A DNA stretch of 50,045 bases, filler included, from Catajapyx aquilonaris (GCA_000934665.2; 3 parts of 3 records of this genome joined end to end with filler, not necessarily neighbours in it), one strand, 5' to 3'; numbered from the whole stretch's first letter, positions 36,070 to 50,045 are shown. Made by a program: numbers and translations. Notes: generated by a model not told the origin, from the letters alone.

Positions 36070-39000
36070 TCCAAATTGCCATTAGCAATGCTTGCTTATG
36101 CTCTCGTAAATGTAAGGGCGCAACTTTTTTTCCTTTTCGATCCTTTTCGGGTGTGGCTGCTGTCCACTCGTCCTCATAGCGCTTAATAAGTATTACTGTG
36201 CTTTACAACACTTGGGCAGTGACGGCGGTAGAAAGTTACAGCCTTTATCACTCAAGTTCAAGTTTCAAGTTTACCCAGTAAGCATTTTCATGTGTCTTTC
36301 TAGAATTATTGTGTAGAACCCAGATGGGAACGATACCATGTAAGTCTGTGTTTCAGATCATTTATTGTTGCTATCTCATTTGTTTCATCTCATCAGTTAC
36401 TCTTGTATAACATCAAAGAGTTGCGAGGGGAATATTTTATTGTTATGGACAATCTTCAAGGGCCCAGACAAGTTGACGTCTCGTGCACTTGTAGATGCCA
36501 GACCTTGCTGTAACACTGACTATCTAGTTTAATCCATGTCAAGACCCATTGCATGTGTCATTTTGAATTGTTGAGTAAATGCCTTTCGTAATGGGAGATA
36601 CACTTGGGTTTTTGTGCTGTTTATAAATATTACGGTACTTGCAGTGCAACAACTCTTTTCCTTCCAGTTTGAGCTCGAGCACTATTTGCAAATGCATCTG
36701 GTATACCAATAAGTGAAGAAGTGCTTGAAGTGCCATTAAGTAAATCTCGTTCACGCGTGATAAGCACGTGAGAGTGATAGTTATTGGGAAGGCTTTTGGG
36801 TTGCTATAGTCTGATTGTTCCTGTTTGCCCAATCGATGCAGCAGTGGCGGAATCAGCGTCGCGTCGGTCATGACTGTATATAGTCATCCTGTCAAATACA
36901 AAGTTCAACTTGACTTTTCTCAGAGAGCCATTGTTGCAAAGCCAAGTTTTTGTTTCCAATTTCTTCATTTTCCGTGTATTGATTACTGGCATTTGTTTAT
37001 ATCCGTTAATGTTACATGCGCTGTGACTGTAGTTCACATTGGTGGTTATTAAGTAATAAACCAAACCGTACACCGATGGACATTCGGTATTTTATGCAGG
37101 TGGAAGCTGCAGTTGCGGTCTTCGACAGGTGTAATCTTTAATTAGTCCAATATTAATGACCTAGTTCAACAATGGTAAAAGAAACAGGAAGGATTTCTCC
37201 AAAAGTCGTGCAATTTAAGGTTTTTACGTTGCCCGCGCTGTGTCATACCTGTTCTCCCAACCAATTATGTCTCCTTAATAATTATGGTCACTACGTGGAC
37301 ATGTAATGATTATAATATGCCATATCAATAGTTCAAAGCCCACTAAGACCGTCAATGAAGAGCTGCATCATTGTCTATTAGTTTCTTCATTTAGGTGTGT
37401 TGAACACAAGTGTGCACTTTACACCATACCTGTGGAGATGGAGGGATGGTAATTGCAATGTATTGCAATATAAATTGTCTTTGGCATGATGCAACCACTA
37501 TTTTAGTTAAATTCTGCTGCAAGGGTACGCCTGGCATTGTCATTCTTTTTACTTCTGTCATCTGTGGAGATAATTCGTTTCGATTGTGACGATCTTTGTC
37601 ATATTGTGGCCACGTGGATTGCATGCCGCTTCCACTATAATTCTCTTTAGGCTTACGCAATGATAATAATTTGTGACCGATGCAGGTCCACAAAATGATA
37701 GTGGGTTCTCCAGTTCAAGACAGTTTATTAAGCCAAGCAGGTGAGGATTGAGAGAGGGGGGGGGGGGGNGGGGGGGGGGGGGGGGAAGGAAGGGATAGGG
37801 AGTGGCCAGTGGCCAGCCATGTGGCGGCTGGACCGAAAGGCCCCGAACAAAGCGAGACCTCCCTATTTATAGATGGTACAAACGAAGTGCATGATGGGAA
37901 ACAGATGTGATGTCGGAATGCAAGCTGGGAGTAACAACAGTGTAGTGATACGATGTGTTAACCGGATACAAACATAAAAGGGGTAAGATGAGGTTAACGG
38001 ATGCACCAATTAAAGTGGGGGAGTTACAGTATATTGGAATATATGGTTGATCGTCGACCTATTCTGTCAAAGATAGTCAGCATTGTTCTCGTATTATTTA
38101 TTAGCTAATGTGCTCCTTACCGAGTCTGCTAAACACATGTGGTAATAAACGTGGGAAGTATGTGACAGTCCAGGAGATTACAATTTTTTTGCGGTAGGAG
38201 ACACAGAAAGAGACAACAACATAGTTATTGTGTAACATGCTCAAATGTCGCGTAACATAGACGACACGATATGTTTCCATTTGACCAATCAGGACTAATA
38301 GGTTTCATTGTTTCTTGTCTGAATAAGAATGGTGTCTACAATCATAAGGATATGTTGGTATTCATCAAGACGAGGTGTGGCGTATTATTTCTGGGGATGT
38401 CTTTTTCAGCAAAATTAATACCAATAGCTTCCTTGGCTCGTTCCAATTTAAACAAACAAGCGAATCAGAATTTGAGTTCTCAGATTGTCAGTACTACCAG
38501 GTACTTCACCAGACGCTGAATGGAATTAACTGCCCTTGCACATGCGCTCACTATTTGCCCCAAATTACCGGCACTGCACGTTAAGGATGAATGTTTCAGG
38601 CACCGCTCCTTCATCATTCTGAAGAACGCATCACTCTCTTTATATTTCATGTCCTCTCACAGCAGATGTGGAAACTCAACAGAAGTCCTGTTGAGTTTTG
38701 TATTCGCAGGTTTATCGTGTATGTGGTGGTTGGCTACAAATTATGATCAGAAAACTGCTTTTGAATTAAATATTGAATACTTAATGCTCAATATTGCGTC
38801 ACTGGTGATATCACATGACTGTATGTGTGCCAATTTCTGACAATATTCTGTGGACAGAATGCCTCGCCCTGAACTGTAGATTGGTTAATGTAAACGTTGC
38901 ATTACTGGTGACTAGGTGGATGCGTATGGACTCTACATGAAACTGGGATCTGTGGATCATCAGGAGGAACTTCAGATGGTCCTAATCCGTGATCAACTAC

Positions 39001-41637
39001 CATTAGCTTAACCTTTGGCTTCTTCTCAATAAAACCTAAAACCTAAACATCGTCCGAAGATGTCATTTTATTTTTTTGCCAGTATTATATTGATCGCCTA
39101 ATTCTTTTCGTTGTTTTGTTACCCTCCCTCGCGACCCCAAATATTATGATCGCGACCCACAGTTTGGGAAGCCCTGCCCTAAAGAAATACCTTACCTCAC
39201 AAATCATCTGGTCGAATTCTTTCTGAATAACTGACACTCCCTGCGGAATTTCCTCCGTTTGAATAATAGTCTGCAATACAATTGAAGCCCTTTAAGTCAC
39301 ACAATAAACATCAGAACAGAAGATGTTGGCGATGAAAGTTACGTAGGGTATAAATTTATGATGCAATTATCCTAAACATAATTAAGATTTTACAAAGTTA
39401 CCTATGACACAAACACAATCGTCTAATTCGCCGTTATAATAAAGGTGTGTAATAAATAGTGATAAAAGCTGTGGAAGTGATATGGCTGTTTGTCAGTTAT
39501 TAATCCTAAGCTGGAAATGAAATAGCAAGAGATGCTGTGGATATAGTCGTCTGCAATCGTCGTTGTGTATTAGAATTATTTTGCTCCTGATCTTTTGGGA
39601 CGCCAGTGCAGTGTAGCCATGTCGTTACTGCCACACCATTTCTGTCCAGCTGTCTCCGCCGTTCGTCTAGTCACGCAATACTTATTTTTTGTTCACTTGA
39701 CTGCTACCATATTGAGTAGCATCCCCTTTTTGATATCTTTTTGGCCCGTTGCTTCTTGTTACTGCATTGTTCTGAAGATGCTGCCATTTAGAGTAGCTGT
39801 GTTTATAGGTAAGACCTATCTATTCACCAACCTGGAAGAAAATGGAAACTGGCGTTTTAATATTACATATATTTGCATATATTTTTAGTTCGGTTACATG
39901 AAAGTTGTCCAGAGCACCATCTGGCACTAATATGAATTATTGAGTTGTGTCAAAAAGGCACGTTATTTTGTAGGGATACAATATTGATACAATATCCTAC
40001 TGGCGAATTATAGCTACGATTGTTGCAGACTTGCACAAGTATACCTGCGCTTGGGGCTAACTACTGCCATATGTTTAGCGTGATTTCCAATCCTCTCAGT
40101 TCTTCTGCATCTTCCATAGTTTGGGGATATCACATGGTCCTACGTATGACCATAACAATCATAGGAGGCCAGTGTCAAGTTGCAATCATATTGCAGGCAA
40201 TCAAGACATGGGACGTCACTCTTTCTATTGCTTCTGTATTGAGTGAACTCCCATGTTGTCGTGATAAATGTAGCTCCCAATCTGTCTCGAAGCTTCATTG
40301 TTCGTTGTAATCATCGCTGTTAGCATTAGCTTCTAGGAAAGGCGTCATCGGTAGTTGGATGGTGTCTCACTCCTACATTTACTTGGTTGTAAGATGGAGA
40401 TCTACCATGTCGTTGGTATGGGTGTCCCGAGATCATGCGTGATGAACGTCCGTGATATTGAATCCGTTAGAGTTGCTTTTATTCTATGCAAGAGGCAGCC
40501 ATGTTGCATGTGTCTCCTTTTCCGGTTCTTTTTCAGAGTGGTAACATTCGAAAAGATGACGTCAGGCGGTGCAATGCAATTTCTGAACTCGCAGGGCTGT
40601 GTGTTTTTCTAACAGATAATAATAAAACGAACGGAGTCAGTTTTTTTCAATATAATCCCTTCCAATCAGGATGTATCCCATTTCTGCTGATAAAGGTTTG
40701 CAATGACTTGATAAATATTAATCCAACCTTACGTTACCTGCGTTGACAAGTAGGAAAGGAACTATAGGAGACAATAACACAGAATATTACTTCAGGTAAA
40801 AAAAAAATAATCCTGGAATCATGTCCTGCGCAGCATGCATCACCACAGGTTCTCATACCGTGCCTTTTTTTAGGCTGATGTTACGTGGCATTTGCTTGAC
40901 CATTTCGATCAAAAACCTTGCGAAGTGGTCATTCCCCGGACTTCGTGGTCGTGGATCCCTTCCTCTTATGTGGTGGGCGAGGATATTTGACACTTTGTAT
41001 CGTATGTTTCGTCGCCTGTTCATACCCTTGTCGTAATATTGCCTATATTCGCGTATAACGCGTGTGCGGGTCACATTAAAGCAGTTTTGTGTAAACATGT
41101 CAGATTATCATGTATTCGCAATATTCTTATTATTCATGGAAGGACTTGGCCACACTGTGTTATCAAGTGTAATCACACAAAAATCACAACAAGCAGATGG
41201 AAGTTTTTGTTGTTGTGTTGTTGTTTTTTTTGAAAAGTGATTCGTCCAGTTATGGAAATTATAGGAAGTGCCTTATCATAATCTCAATATTGTATACAAT
41301 CACTAATCGCTTAAATTCCTGATTTTGTACCAATGAAATTATTCTCGTCCCCTCGAAGTTTCGGGAAGCGTACTGCAGTGAAGCTCCAAGTACGAGACAG
41401 TGAGCTGGGGTCTCTTGTCGTGAAATCATGTAATTGAACATTCTGGGTGAATTGGATATTTTTTGCGATAACTTGTAACTTTGCGGTGGCCGATGTGGCT
41501 TATTGTTAAGTGTTTGAATGGTGATTAAATCACTGTGTTTTGCTGGTTGAGAGTAATATTTCGGGAATATCTTGTTTGAGTCACTCTCCGAATTTCTTCC
41601 TGCGTCCACACAACTTACAGTATTCTAACCGGATAAT
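36070..41637. repeat. Local segmental duplication, copy A (contains extra segments)
   Basis: Colinear blocks 36070-37635, 38510-38935, 39607-40355 and 41090-41637 match 42240-43838, 43870-44285, 44294-45030 and 45065-45601. Confidence 0.9.
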
Positions 41638-42239
41638 TTTGCATTTTTCAGTCAAGTGCTCTTCGTAAGATGAGATAATATGCTGACTTGCTGGGCGTCT
41701 TGCATTTTCTTCCGTTTATAACAATGTGCGGTACCGGTACATTGGAATGTATTTCATTAATTGTGTCGAACACTGCACTAAGGCCAGAAATCCGTTATTT
41801 GCAGTAGGAGAAACTGCACTAGACTACTTCTTGTATGCGCTCCAATACACTTTTAGCACTAAATTGCTTGCACTCTACGTTAAGGATGAATGACGTAGGC
41901 ACCGCTCGCTCCCTCATCGTTCCGAAGCATCTGTCAGAGCAGATGTTGAATGTGGGTTTTTGTCGAGTTTTGTATTATTATGATCGTGTAAGAGGCTCCA
42001 AAATATGATCAGCAAACTGCTTCCGAATTATTAAATATGGAATGATTAATGATCAACATTGTGTCACAGGTGATATCACGTGACTTAATAGGGACGCGGG
42101 TGGCGTCCCCTTTAATGATCCTGGCTTGTGAAAGTGCTCTTCATTTTATATATCTCTCTTCTTATTTAAGTTTTATCACCAACATCGAAAAATGCAAACC
42201 AGCCCATTAATATTATCTGCAATATTATATGAAAATGGT

Positions 42240-45200
42240 CCAAATTGCAATTAGCAATGCTTGTTTATAATATATAATGTTTGTAAGGGCGCAATTTTTT
42301 TTCTTTTCCGATCCTTTTTGGGCGTGGCTGCTGTCCACTCGTCCTTGAAGCGCTTAATAAAAATTACTGTGTTTTACAACATTTGGCCAGTGAGGCGGTA
42401 GAAAGTTACAGCCTTTATGACTCCATGTGTCTCTCAAGTTTAAGTTTCAAGTTTATTATACCAAGTGAGCATTTTCATGTACCTTTCTAGTATTGCGTAA
42501 AACCCAGATGGGAACGATACCTTGTAAGTCTGTTTGAGATCATTTATTGATGCTTATCTCATTTGTTTCATCTCATCAGTTACTCTTGTATAACATCAAA
42601 GAGTGCGGGGGGAATATTTTATTGTTATGTACGTTTTTCAAGGGGCCAGACAAGTTGACGTCTCGTGCTCTTGTAGATGCCAGACCTTGCTGTAAAACTG
42701 ACCACCCTAATCAAGACCCATTGCATGTGTCATTTTGCATTGTTGAGTCAGTGCCTTTCGTAATGGGAGATACACTCAGCTTCTTCAGGTTTTGTGCTGT
42801 TTTTAAATTATTATTAAATTGCAGTGTAACAGCTGCTCTTTTCCTTCCAATTTGAGCTCTAGCACGATTTGCAAATGCATCTGGTGTACCAATAAGTGAA
42901 GAAGGCCTTGGAGTGCTATTATGTAACGCTCGTTCACGCGTGATAAGCACGTGAGAATGATAGTTATTGGGAAGGCTTTTTGGTTGCTATTATCTGATTG
43001 TGCCAGTTCGATGCAGCAGTGGCGGAATCAGCGTAGGTCATGACTCTATAGTCCTCCTGTCAAATACAAAGTTCAACTTGACTTCTCTCAGAGAGCCATT
43101 GTTGCAAGGCCTAGTTTTTGTTTCCAATTTCTTCATTTTCCGTGTATTGATTACTCGCATATGTTTATATCCGTTAATGTTACATGCGCTGTCACTGTAG
43201 TTCACATTGGTGGTTATTAAGTAATAAACCAAACCATACGGTACACCGATGGACATTCGGTATTTTATGCAGGTGGAACCTGCTTCGACAGGTCTTTAAT
43301 TAGTCCAATATTAATGACCTAGTTCAACAATGGTAAAAGAAACAGGAAGAAAATATTACTTCCCCAAAAGTCGTGCAATTTAAGGTTTTTATTATGTTGC
43401 CAGCGCTGTAGTGAACTATTCATTCCTGTTCTCCCAACCAATTATGTCTCCTTAATAATTATGGTCACTACGTGGACATACAGGTAGTACTAACTTGCAC
43501 AGTTTCCACTGTATAATGAACATAATGTGCCTTATCAATAGTTCAAAGCCCACCAAGACCATCAATGAAGAGCTGCATCATTGTCTGTTAGTTTCTTCAC
43601 TTGTCTGTGCTGGACACAAATGTGCACTTTATACACCATACCTGTGGAGGTGGAGTAATTGCAATATAATGCAATATAAATTGTCTTTGGCATGATGCAA
43701 CCACTATTTTAGTTAAATTCTGCTGCAAGGGTACTGCTGGCAATGTTATTGTTTCTACTTCCGTCTTCTGTGGAGAGAATTCGTTTCGATTGTGACGATC
43801 TTTGTCATTTTGTGGCCATGTGGATTGCATGCCGCTTCCAAGTTGGCTTCTTCCTAATAAATCAAACCAAACCAGACGCTGTATGGAATAGGCTCAGGCA
43901 GATGAACTGGTGGCACTATTTGCCCCTAATTACCGGCACTTCACGTTAAGGAAGAATGTTTCACGCACCTTTCCCTCATCATTCCGAAGCACCTGTCACT
44001 CTCTCTATATTTCTGACAGCAGATGTTGAATGTGGTATTCTGACCTTCTGTCGAGTTTGTATTCGCATGTTTATCGTATCGGTAATGGTTGGCTTCAACT
44101 TATGATCAGAAAACTGCTTTAGAATTAAATATTGAATACTTAATGCTCCATATTGCGTCACTGGTGATATCACATGACTGCATGTGTGCCAATTTCTGAC
44201 AATATTCTGGGGCCTCGCCCTGAACTGTAGATTGGTTAATGTAAACGTTGCATTAGTGGTGACTAGGTGGATGCGTATGGACTCTCCAGTTTCTGCAGTG
44301 TAGCCATGTCGTTACTGCCACACCATTTCTGTCCAGCTGTCTCCGCCGTTCGTCTAGTCACGCAATACTTATTTTTTGTTCACTTGACTGCTACCATATT
44401 GAGTAGCATCCCCTTTTTGATATCTTTTTGGCCCGTTGCTTCTTGTTACTGCATTGTTCTGAAGATGCTGCCATTTAGAGTAGCTGTGTTTATAGGTAAG
44501 ACCTATCTATTCACCAACCTGGAAGAAAATGGAAACTGGCGTTTTAATATTACAAATATTTGCAATATTACAGGCAAGTTGTCCAAAGCACCATCTGGCA
44601 CTAATATTAATTATTGAGTTGTGTCAAAAAGGTACGTTATTTTGTAGGGATACAATTGATACAATATCCTACTGGCGAATTATAGCTGCGATTGTTGCAG
44701 ACTTGCACAAGTATACCTGCGCTTGGGGCTAACTACTGCCATATTTTTATCGTGATTTCCAATCCTCTCAGTTCTTCTGCATCTTCCATAGTTTGGGGAT
44801 ATCACATGGTCCTACTTATGGCCATAACAATCATAGGAGGCCAGTGTCAAGTTGCAATCATATTGCAGGCAATAAAGACATGGGACGTCACTCTTTCTCT
44901 TGCTTTTCGGTATTGATTGAACCGCCCACTTTATCGTGAAAAATGTAGGTCCCAATCTGTCTCGAAGCTTCATTGTTCGTTGTAATCATCGCTGTTAGCA
45001 TTAGCTTCTAGGAAAGGAGTCATCAGTAGTGGGTCTGAAGTTTCTCTCCCTTTACTTGTTTTTATGTAAACGTGACAGATTATCATGTATTCTTAATATT
45101 CATTGAAGGACTTGGCCACACTGTGTTATCAAGTGTAATCACACAAAAATCGCAACAAGCAGATGGAAGGGTTTTTTGGTTTTTTTATTTTATTTTACTG

Positions 45201-45601
45201 ATAAGTGATTCGGCCGGTTATGGAAATTATAAAAAGTTTCTGATGATCTCTCAATATTGTATACAATCACTTTAAGTCCTGATTTTGGACCAATGAAATT
45301 ATTCTAGTCCCTCGGAGCTCTGGGAAGCGTGTTGATGTGGAGCTCCATGTACGAGACAGTGATCTGGGGTATCTTGTCGTGAAAACATGTAATTGCACAG
45401 TCTGGGTGAGGGCCCGGATATTTTTGCGTTAACTTGTAACTTTGGGGTGGATGTGGCCTGTTGTTAAGTGTTTGATTGGTGATTAAATCACCTTGTTTTG
45501 CTGGTCGAGAGTAATATTTCGGGAATATCTTGTTTGAGACACTCTCCGATTATTTTTTTCCTGTATCCACTCAACTTACAGTAATAATCTAACCGGATAA
45601 T
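42240..45601. repeat. Local segmental duplication, copy B
   Basis: Direct, diverged copy of the four blocks in 36070-41637. Confidence 0.9.
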
Positions 45602-46444
45602 CCTGGAGAGGCTGTCACAACAGAGTTTCTGTTCAAAACATTGTTGTTTCTTACTAATGAAGATTAGGTATTTTGATCAGAGCATGTCAGGAATAATAAG
45701 CACATTTCCATTTTGTGTGATGTAAATGTCAAACATTTGAAGATGTAATCGCATATCTGAAAAGTAATAGCAATTTTTAATAAAACAGCATTTTTTTCAC
45801 AAGTTAGGCAGAGCTGCTTGTATTTCACCATTCTTCGAATTTTATACACTGTACTTATAAGTGCGCGCTATACAAGGTGCCCAAACGACCAGTCCAATGG
45901 AGAGGTTTTGGTAACAGTAAATAAGGCAGCCACTTTAAGCTGTTAATTTTTGCGAAAGATGATAATGAAAGAAGGTGTGTAAGTGGAATTTAATAATAAC
46001 TGAAAGTATGCATTAAGCACGTGTGTACATGGCTATGACTTGGCCATTTAGGTTTAGAAGTAGTTGACAAAGTGCAAAGGAAAGAAGATTTGGTTTGTCC
46101 ATGACCACATTAATTTTAATTGCAAAAAGTAAATCATTTGAAATATTGTGGTCATCAGGATGTCCCCGCTTGGCCTCATGTATATGTTGCTGACTGCATT
46201 CGCTCAGATGGGATTGCTACTGTCGTTCGCTGGCCTGAAAATGACTGCAATTATGACATTTGAAGATGTTTGTGGTATCCACAATAGTACATAACAATTT
46301 TGAACAATTATTTGACGAACAAAAATGTTTCCACGTCCCTATCTACAAGACTAGTATAAGAACTCTTGTTCACGTGACATGGGGAAGAGAATTTGATAAA
46401 GAGTTCACTGTCAATCATCAATGTAATGTAGTTCCCAAATAAAT

Positions 46445-46861
46445 ATATATATATTTTTTAAATTACACCCTTGAAGCCTTCAGGCTTATATAGGGGGGAG
46501 GTTTTTCGACCATTTTCAATCTCTCCGGTGCTAGGATGGAGGGGGGGACAGTGGTGCAAGTGCAATGTCTCATGGCGGAGGCCGTGTGCAGTCCCCCAGA
46601 GGGCTTAGGTTGAAAGACGACCCTCTAGGTGCGGGTAAGAGACCTCCCACAAACACCGCACCTCCTCCAGTGTGGGGCATGGATAGGAAAGGTAGGAAGC
46701 GGCTGTGGCCTACGATTAGGAAACAACTCCGGTATTCACCTGGGGGTGACCGTGGGAAACCACAGAAAACCACGGTCAGAGTTGCCGGCCTGGGGATTTG
46801 ATCCCTGGACCTCCCGATTTGCAGCCGGATACCAAATCCCCTCCGCTACCACTGCTTCGGT
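46445..46861 (-). mobile_element. tRNA-derived SINE with family B head/core and a family A-like 3' module
   Basis: Head accgaagcagtggtagcggaggg...gggatcaaatcccc. Core matches 31345-31430. The gacattgcacttgcac module matches 11704-11719. Confidence 0.8.
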
Positions 46862-49289
46862 AAATAAATATAATGCAAGTTCACAATCGTGATGCAAAGA
46901 AACAATTGGTGTTAGGTTGAGGCTTCTCGTAAGACCCCCTCGTAAGTCTGCTTGTCGAGTCTTCACTGCTCTTCGTACGGCTGGTCGTAGAGGCTTCTCG
47001 CAAGGTTAAGTCCTTCCCATCGGTTCAGATTGGGCCCGGTGTGCAATGTAGTTCAATAAGGCTCCATTGTGGCTACGTCGCAATCTTGCTCCGGTGTTTC
47101 CGTCTCTCCTCTGGTCAGGTGTGTGTACGGTACGTTGCAATGACCCCGGTTAAGGAAACCCTTCTCCTTTATACTAGTGGGTACTCCATAGGATCATGGG
47201 AAATATGTAAGGAGGGAAGCCTGATACTTTGAATGATATGCTGCACCTCGTCATTGGCGATCAGTGGTAGTAATCGCCCAGGGCTGTGCCCGGTGCCACA
47301 GTGCAAACTTGTACAGTGGTGGGGTTCAGAGTAGCCATCATTTCTCGCTTGAGGGCGGTCAGGGACATCCGCACGACGCGGCGTCGTCAAGTGTCATCAC
47401 CCAAACCTATCTGCTTATGCCAATACAATAAGTCTTTTCGATTTTGGTTTAGTGTAAAAAGTGTTGTTGACCTGAAACTCATCAATCTTCATGATATGTC
47501 GTCTAGTTGAGGTCAAGGGCATCTCACAAGTATTGGGGCTGCAGTTTTTAATTTTCACTTGAGCAAAGGGCTTTCTCTACGATGTTCAATGACCATTTCC
47601 GTGCCAGTATAGCTTAACCAATTCACTCTGAAAGTGGGCATCCACCACTTCCCATTCTATGGTGATTTTGTCACTTAAGTCATGATTATAACTATGATTC
47701 CCTGTGTTGCATAGGTATTCGTCGACTGATTTTGTCTCTTCATAGTTGCAGCAAATTCCGTTGATCTGTTAAGGTGCTGTTACATGTATATTAATCTGAG
47801 AGTAAACAGTGGCAGAACAGTGGGTATTACAGTTTCTGCTCCATCGAGCACCAATTGTGAAGGACTGTGCATGGTAAAGGAAGAGTGGTTGATGTAGAGC
47901 CCATAATTAGGCGTAGTGAGGCCTTCATCATGCAGTACTTGCCATTTGAAGTCTCCAAAATGTAGAGCAAGATTATTCTTGTACTATTTGCTGCAGGGTT
48001 GCCAAAGATACATCAAGGATTTGACTTCTCCATTATGCTTGTCGCATGAGTGTTGGAATCATAACGGAATCCTCAAATTTATTGCATGGTGTTTGCATGC
48101 CATCTGAAACTCACTGTGAGAGCAGCGGGAAGCACTTACAAACTGTGAGACTTATTGCTATGACTGATGAGGTGCCTCCTTGCCCTTGAGACAATCATTT
48201 TGAGACCAAGCTCATCCGTCGGCTCCTGTCATGATAGGATTTTCAATTTTCTCATCTTCAGCCACAGCAACAGATGGGACTGCTCTGTCCGGCTTTTGTT
48301 CTGTGGGCAGGGTTGCACTGGTTGTGATTGCTGCAATATACCATAGGGTATAGACGCTAGAGCTGTGACTAAGAACCAGGGGTAAGACTGACGCTACGCA
48401 ATTCAGCCAACCTCGACGGTCTTCATAACTAGAGGTTTTATTACTATGATTTTTGTGACAATCCGATGTACCGTAACTTACTTATATTATAGCTTTAATG
48501 ATTCCCTACGTCCAACTGAGTTCCATAGTTTCTCCCGGCCAATAATGTTTCATCTGGGTTCTCAGTTAAAATTTATCTGACATGATGAGGCTGGCCACGT
48601 ACTGATGCCAGCAGTCGATGCGGCGTTTGTAGCCTGACACCAAACACCAAAAACAGCGGCCTCTGCTCTTGGTGGTATTTTTCATGCTAATTTTGACCCT
48701 GTATACCTCCAGTGTATTGGTAAAATGTTTAGCATCTGATTTTTAAAACACATATACGTGCTATGATTTATTGCAATACATTTCACTGATTTGTAACATT
48801 CTTCATAAAAAAGTATAGCAAGGTGGTACCTGTAATTCATGGGTCATACACCTAAGGGTTGGCCATGCCTCCTTGGGTGAAGTCATTTGGCACGTCTTGA
48901 GAGACCAGGACATTGCATCAATTTTCTGCATGCTTCTGACAGATGTTTCCTTGTCTGGAGCAACCATAATGCCCACTGAATTAGAAGGTGAAAGACGTTT
49001 CAATATCTTTGGTGCCTTTCAAGCTGGGTAGTGTCCATGAACTCATGCATCCTTGGTGGCGGCTCTTTTGTCGCATGTCGCGCTTTATTCATCAAAAGAA
49101 TCTACTTGATCTTGCAAAGTCAAACACATCTGTCGTCGTCTGCGAATAGGGTATCTGTTGAATATTTTGTGCCTTGTACAGCGTTTTTGTCGTCCTTTTT
49201 CTTGCACAGTTCTGGCTGCACACCACCCATGTCGCTTGCATTACTCGCTGGGAACAGTTTCCTTTTCATTGTCAGTGTCGGGGGGCGAT

Positions 49290-49649
49290 GGGGAAGTCGC
49301 TATGTCCCACGACGATGGGTCTTTTGCTTTGCAGCAGCTGATTTCGTCTAATGGTAGGAAGCAATAAAGATATGGGTCAAACCTCGCAGTAATTTGAAAA
49401 CCTTCAATTCAGAACATTATTTACCCGGGACTTCAAGTCCGTCCACTTCTCTCTCGCCTCAGGACCAGTCCTCTGGTGAGTTGATGTCGCATTGACGGTG
49501 TCGGCGACGTCGCACCAACCAGCAGCGATGTCTTTTGGGGTCTCTAGACCCGGGCGGAAAACCCCCTTTGAGAGCGATGGACGGGCTTCGAGGGCCACAA
49601 CCATAGCCTCGCACTCCGCCGGTGTCCAATTGGGACGGCGAGGCTTCAA
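49290..49649 (-). pseudogene. Myb/SANT-like DNA-binding domain pseudogene (Harbinger ORF2 / NAIF1-MSANTD-like)
   Basis: KPRRPNWTPAECEAMVVALEARPSLSKGVF...AAGWCDVADTVNATSTHQRTGPEAREKWTDLKSR, then a GT-AG intron at 49424-49348, then TKSAAAKQKTHRRGT*. There is no ATG and the stop is premature. Confidence 0.75.
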
Positions 49650-50045
49650 TTCAGAACATTATTTCCCCGGGACTTCAAGTCCATCCATTTCGTGGGGGTT
49701 TGCGTTTCTCCCATGACCCCAAGAGCTATGCCGGCGGTAGCTTCGTCTACTGGAAGTAGGGCCACCCAAGCCGGACAGGACAGGTCTTTGGGATAGGAGA
49801 CAGACTAAGAGAGATGCCAGTCTTTCCTCTCTTCTTTTTTCTGTGTCCTTGCCATGGAGCCATGTCTATGACGTATTTCCTTATCAAGAACCTTGTCAAG
49901 GTATTTGCAGTTTACCCTAGTGCCTACTCTGGACTTGAGATGTGTTTGTACCTGGCTCGGAAATGATTTACACTCTTTCTTTTTCCCGCTGAAGAAGTGG
50001 TCCTAGAAGTTCCATTATTCACCACTAGATGGAACGAGTCTTCCT

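Noticed and set aside
47400..48130. Possible decayed Harbinger transposase on the minus strand
   Set aside because: Only faint motif echoes (EWEVVDAHF, LIVLA*AD) among many stops, too weak to call by eye.

Overview
Eukaryotic, repeat-rich animal genomic DNA from a draft assembly with four N-gaps. It is probably an insect, inferred from the neuropeptide type and the SINE/transposon content. Three spliced genes can be reconstructed by hand, none properly visible in the ORF track. (1) A complete RYamide (luqin-family) neuropeptide precursor on the minus strand, join(8635-8506, 6553-6425, 6142-6052, 5582-5546), 128 aa, with a signal peptide, three RYamide paracopies and a C-x10-C tail. (2) An F-box/leucine-rich-repeat gene on the plus strand (about 18413-23306). 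(3) An unrecognised coiled-coil-like four-coding-exon gene on the plus strand (25616-30664), just downstream of a roughly 536-bp (GA)n tract. The rest is transposon debris: a Helitron with a frameshifted Rep N-terminus, a 93-bp mini-Helitron, Kolobok-like ends, piggyBac-, pogo- and Harbinger-type MITEs, tRNA-derived SINEs, mariner/pogo/Sola-like transposase relics and a Myb/SANT pseudogene. There are also microsatellites, perfect palindromes and a diverged multi-kb local duplication (36-45.6 kb). No prokaryotic-type system (CRISPR, operon) is present. All identities rest on motif recognition by eye, without database searches.
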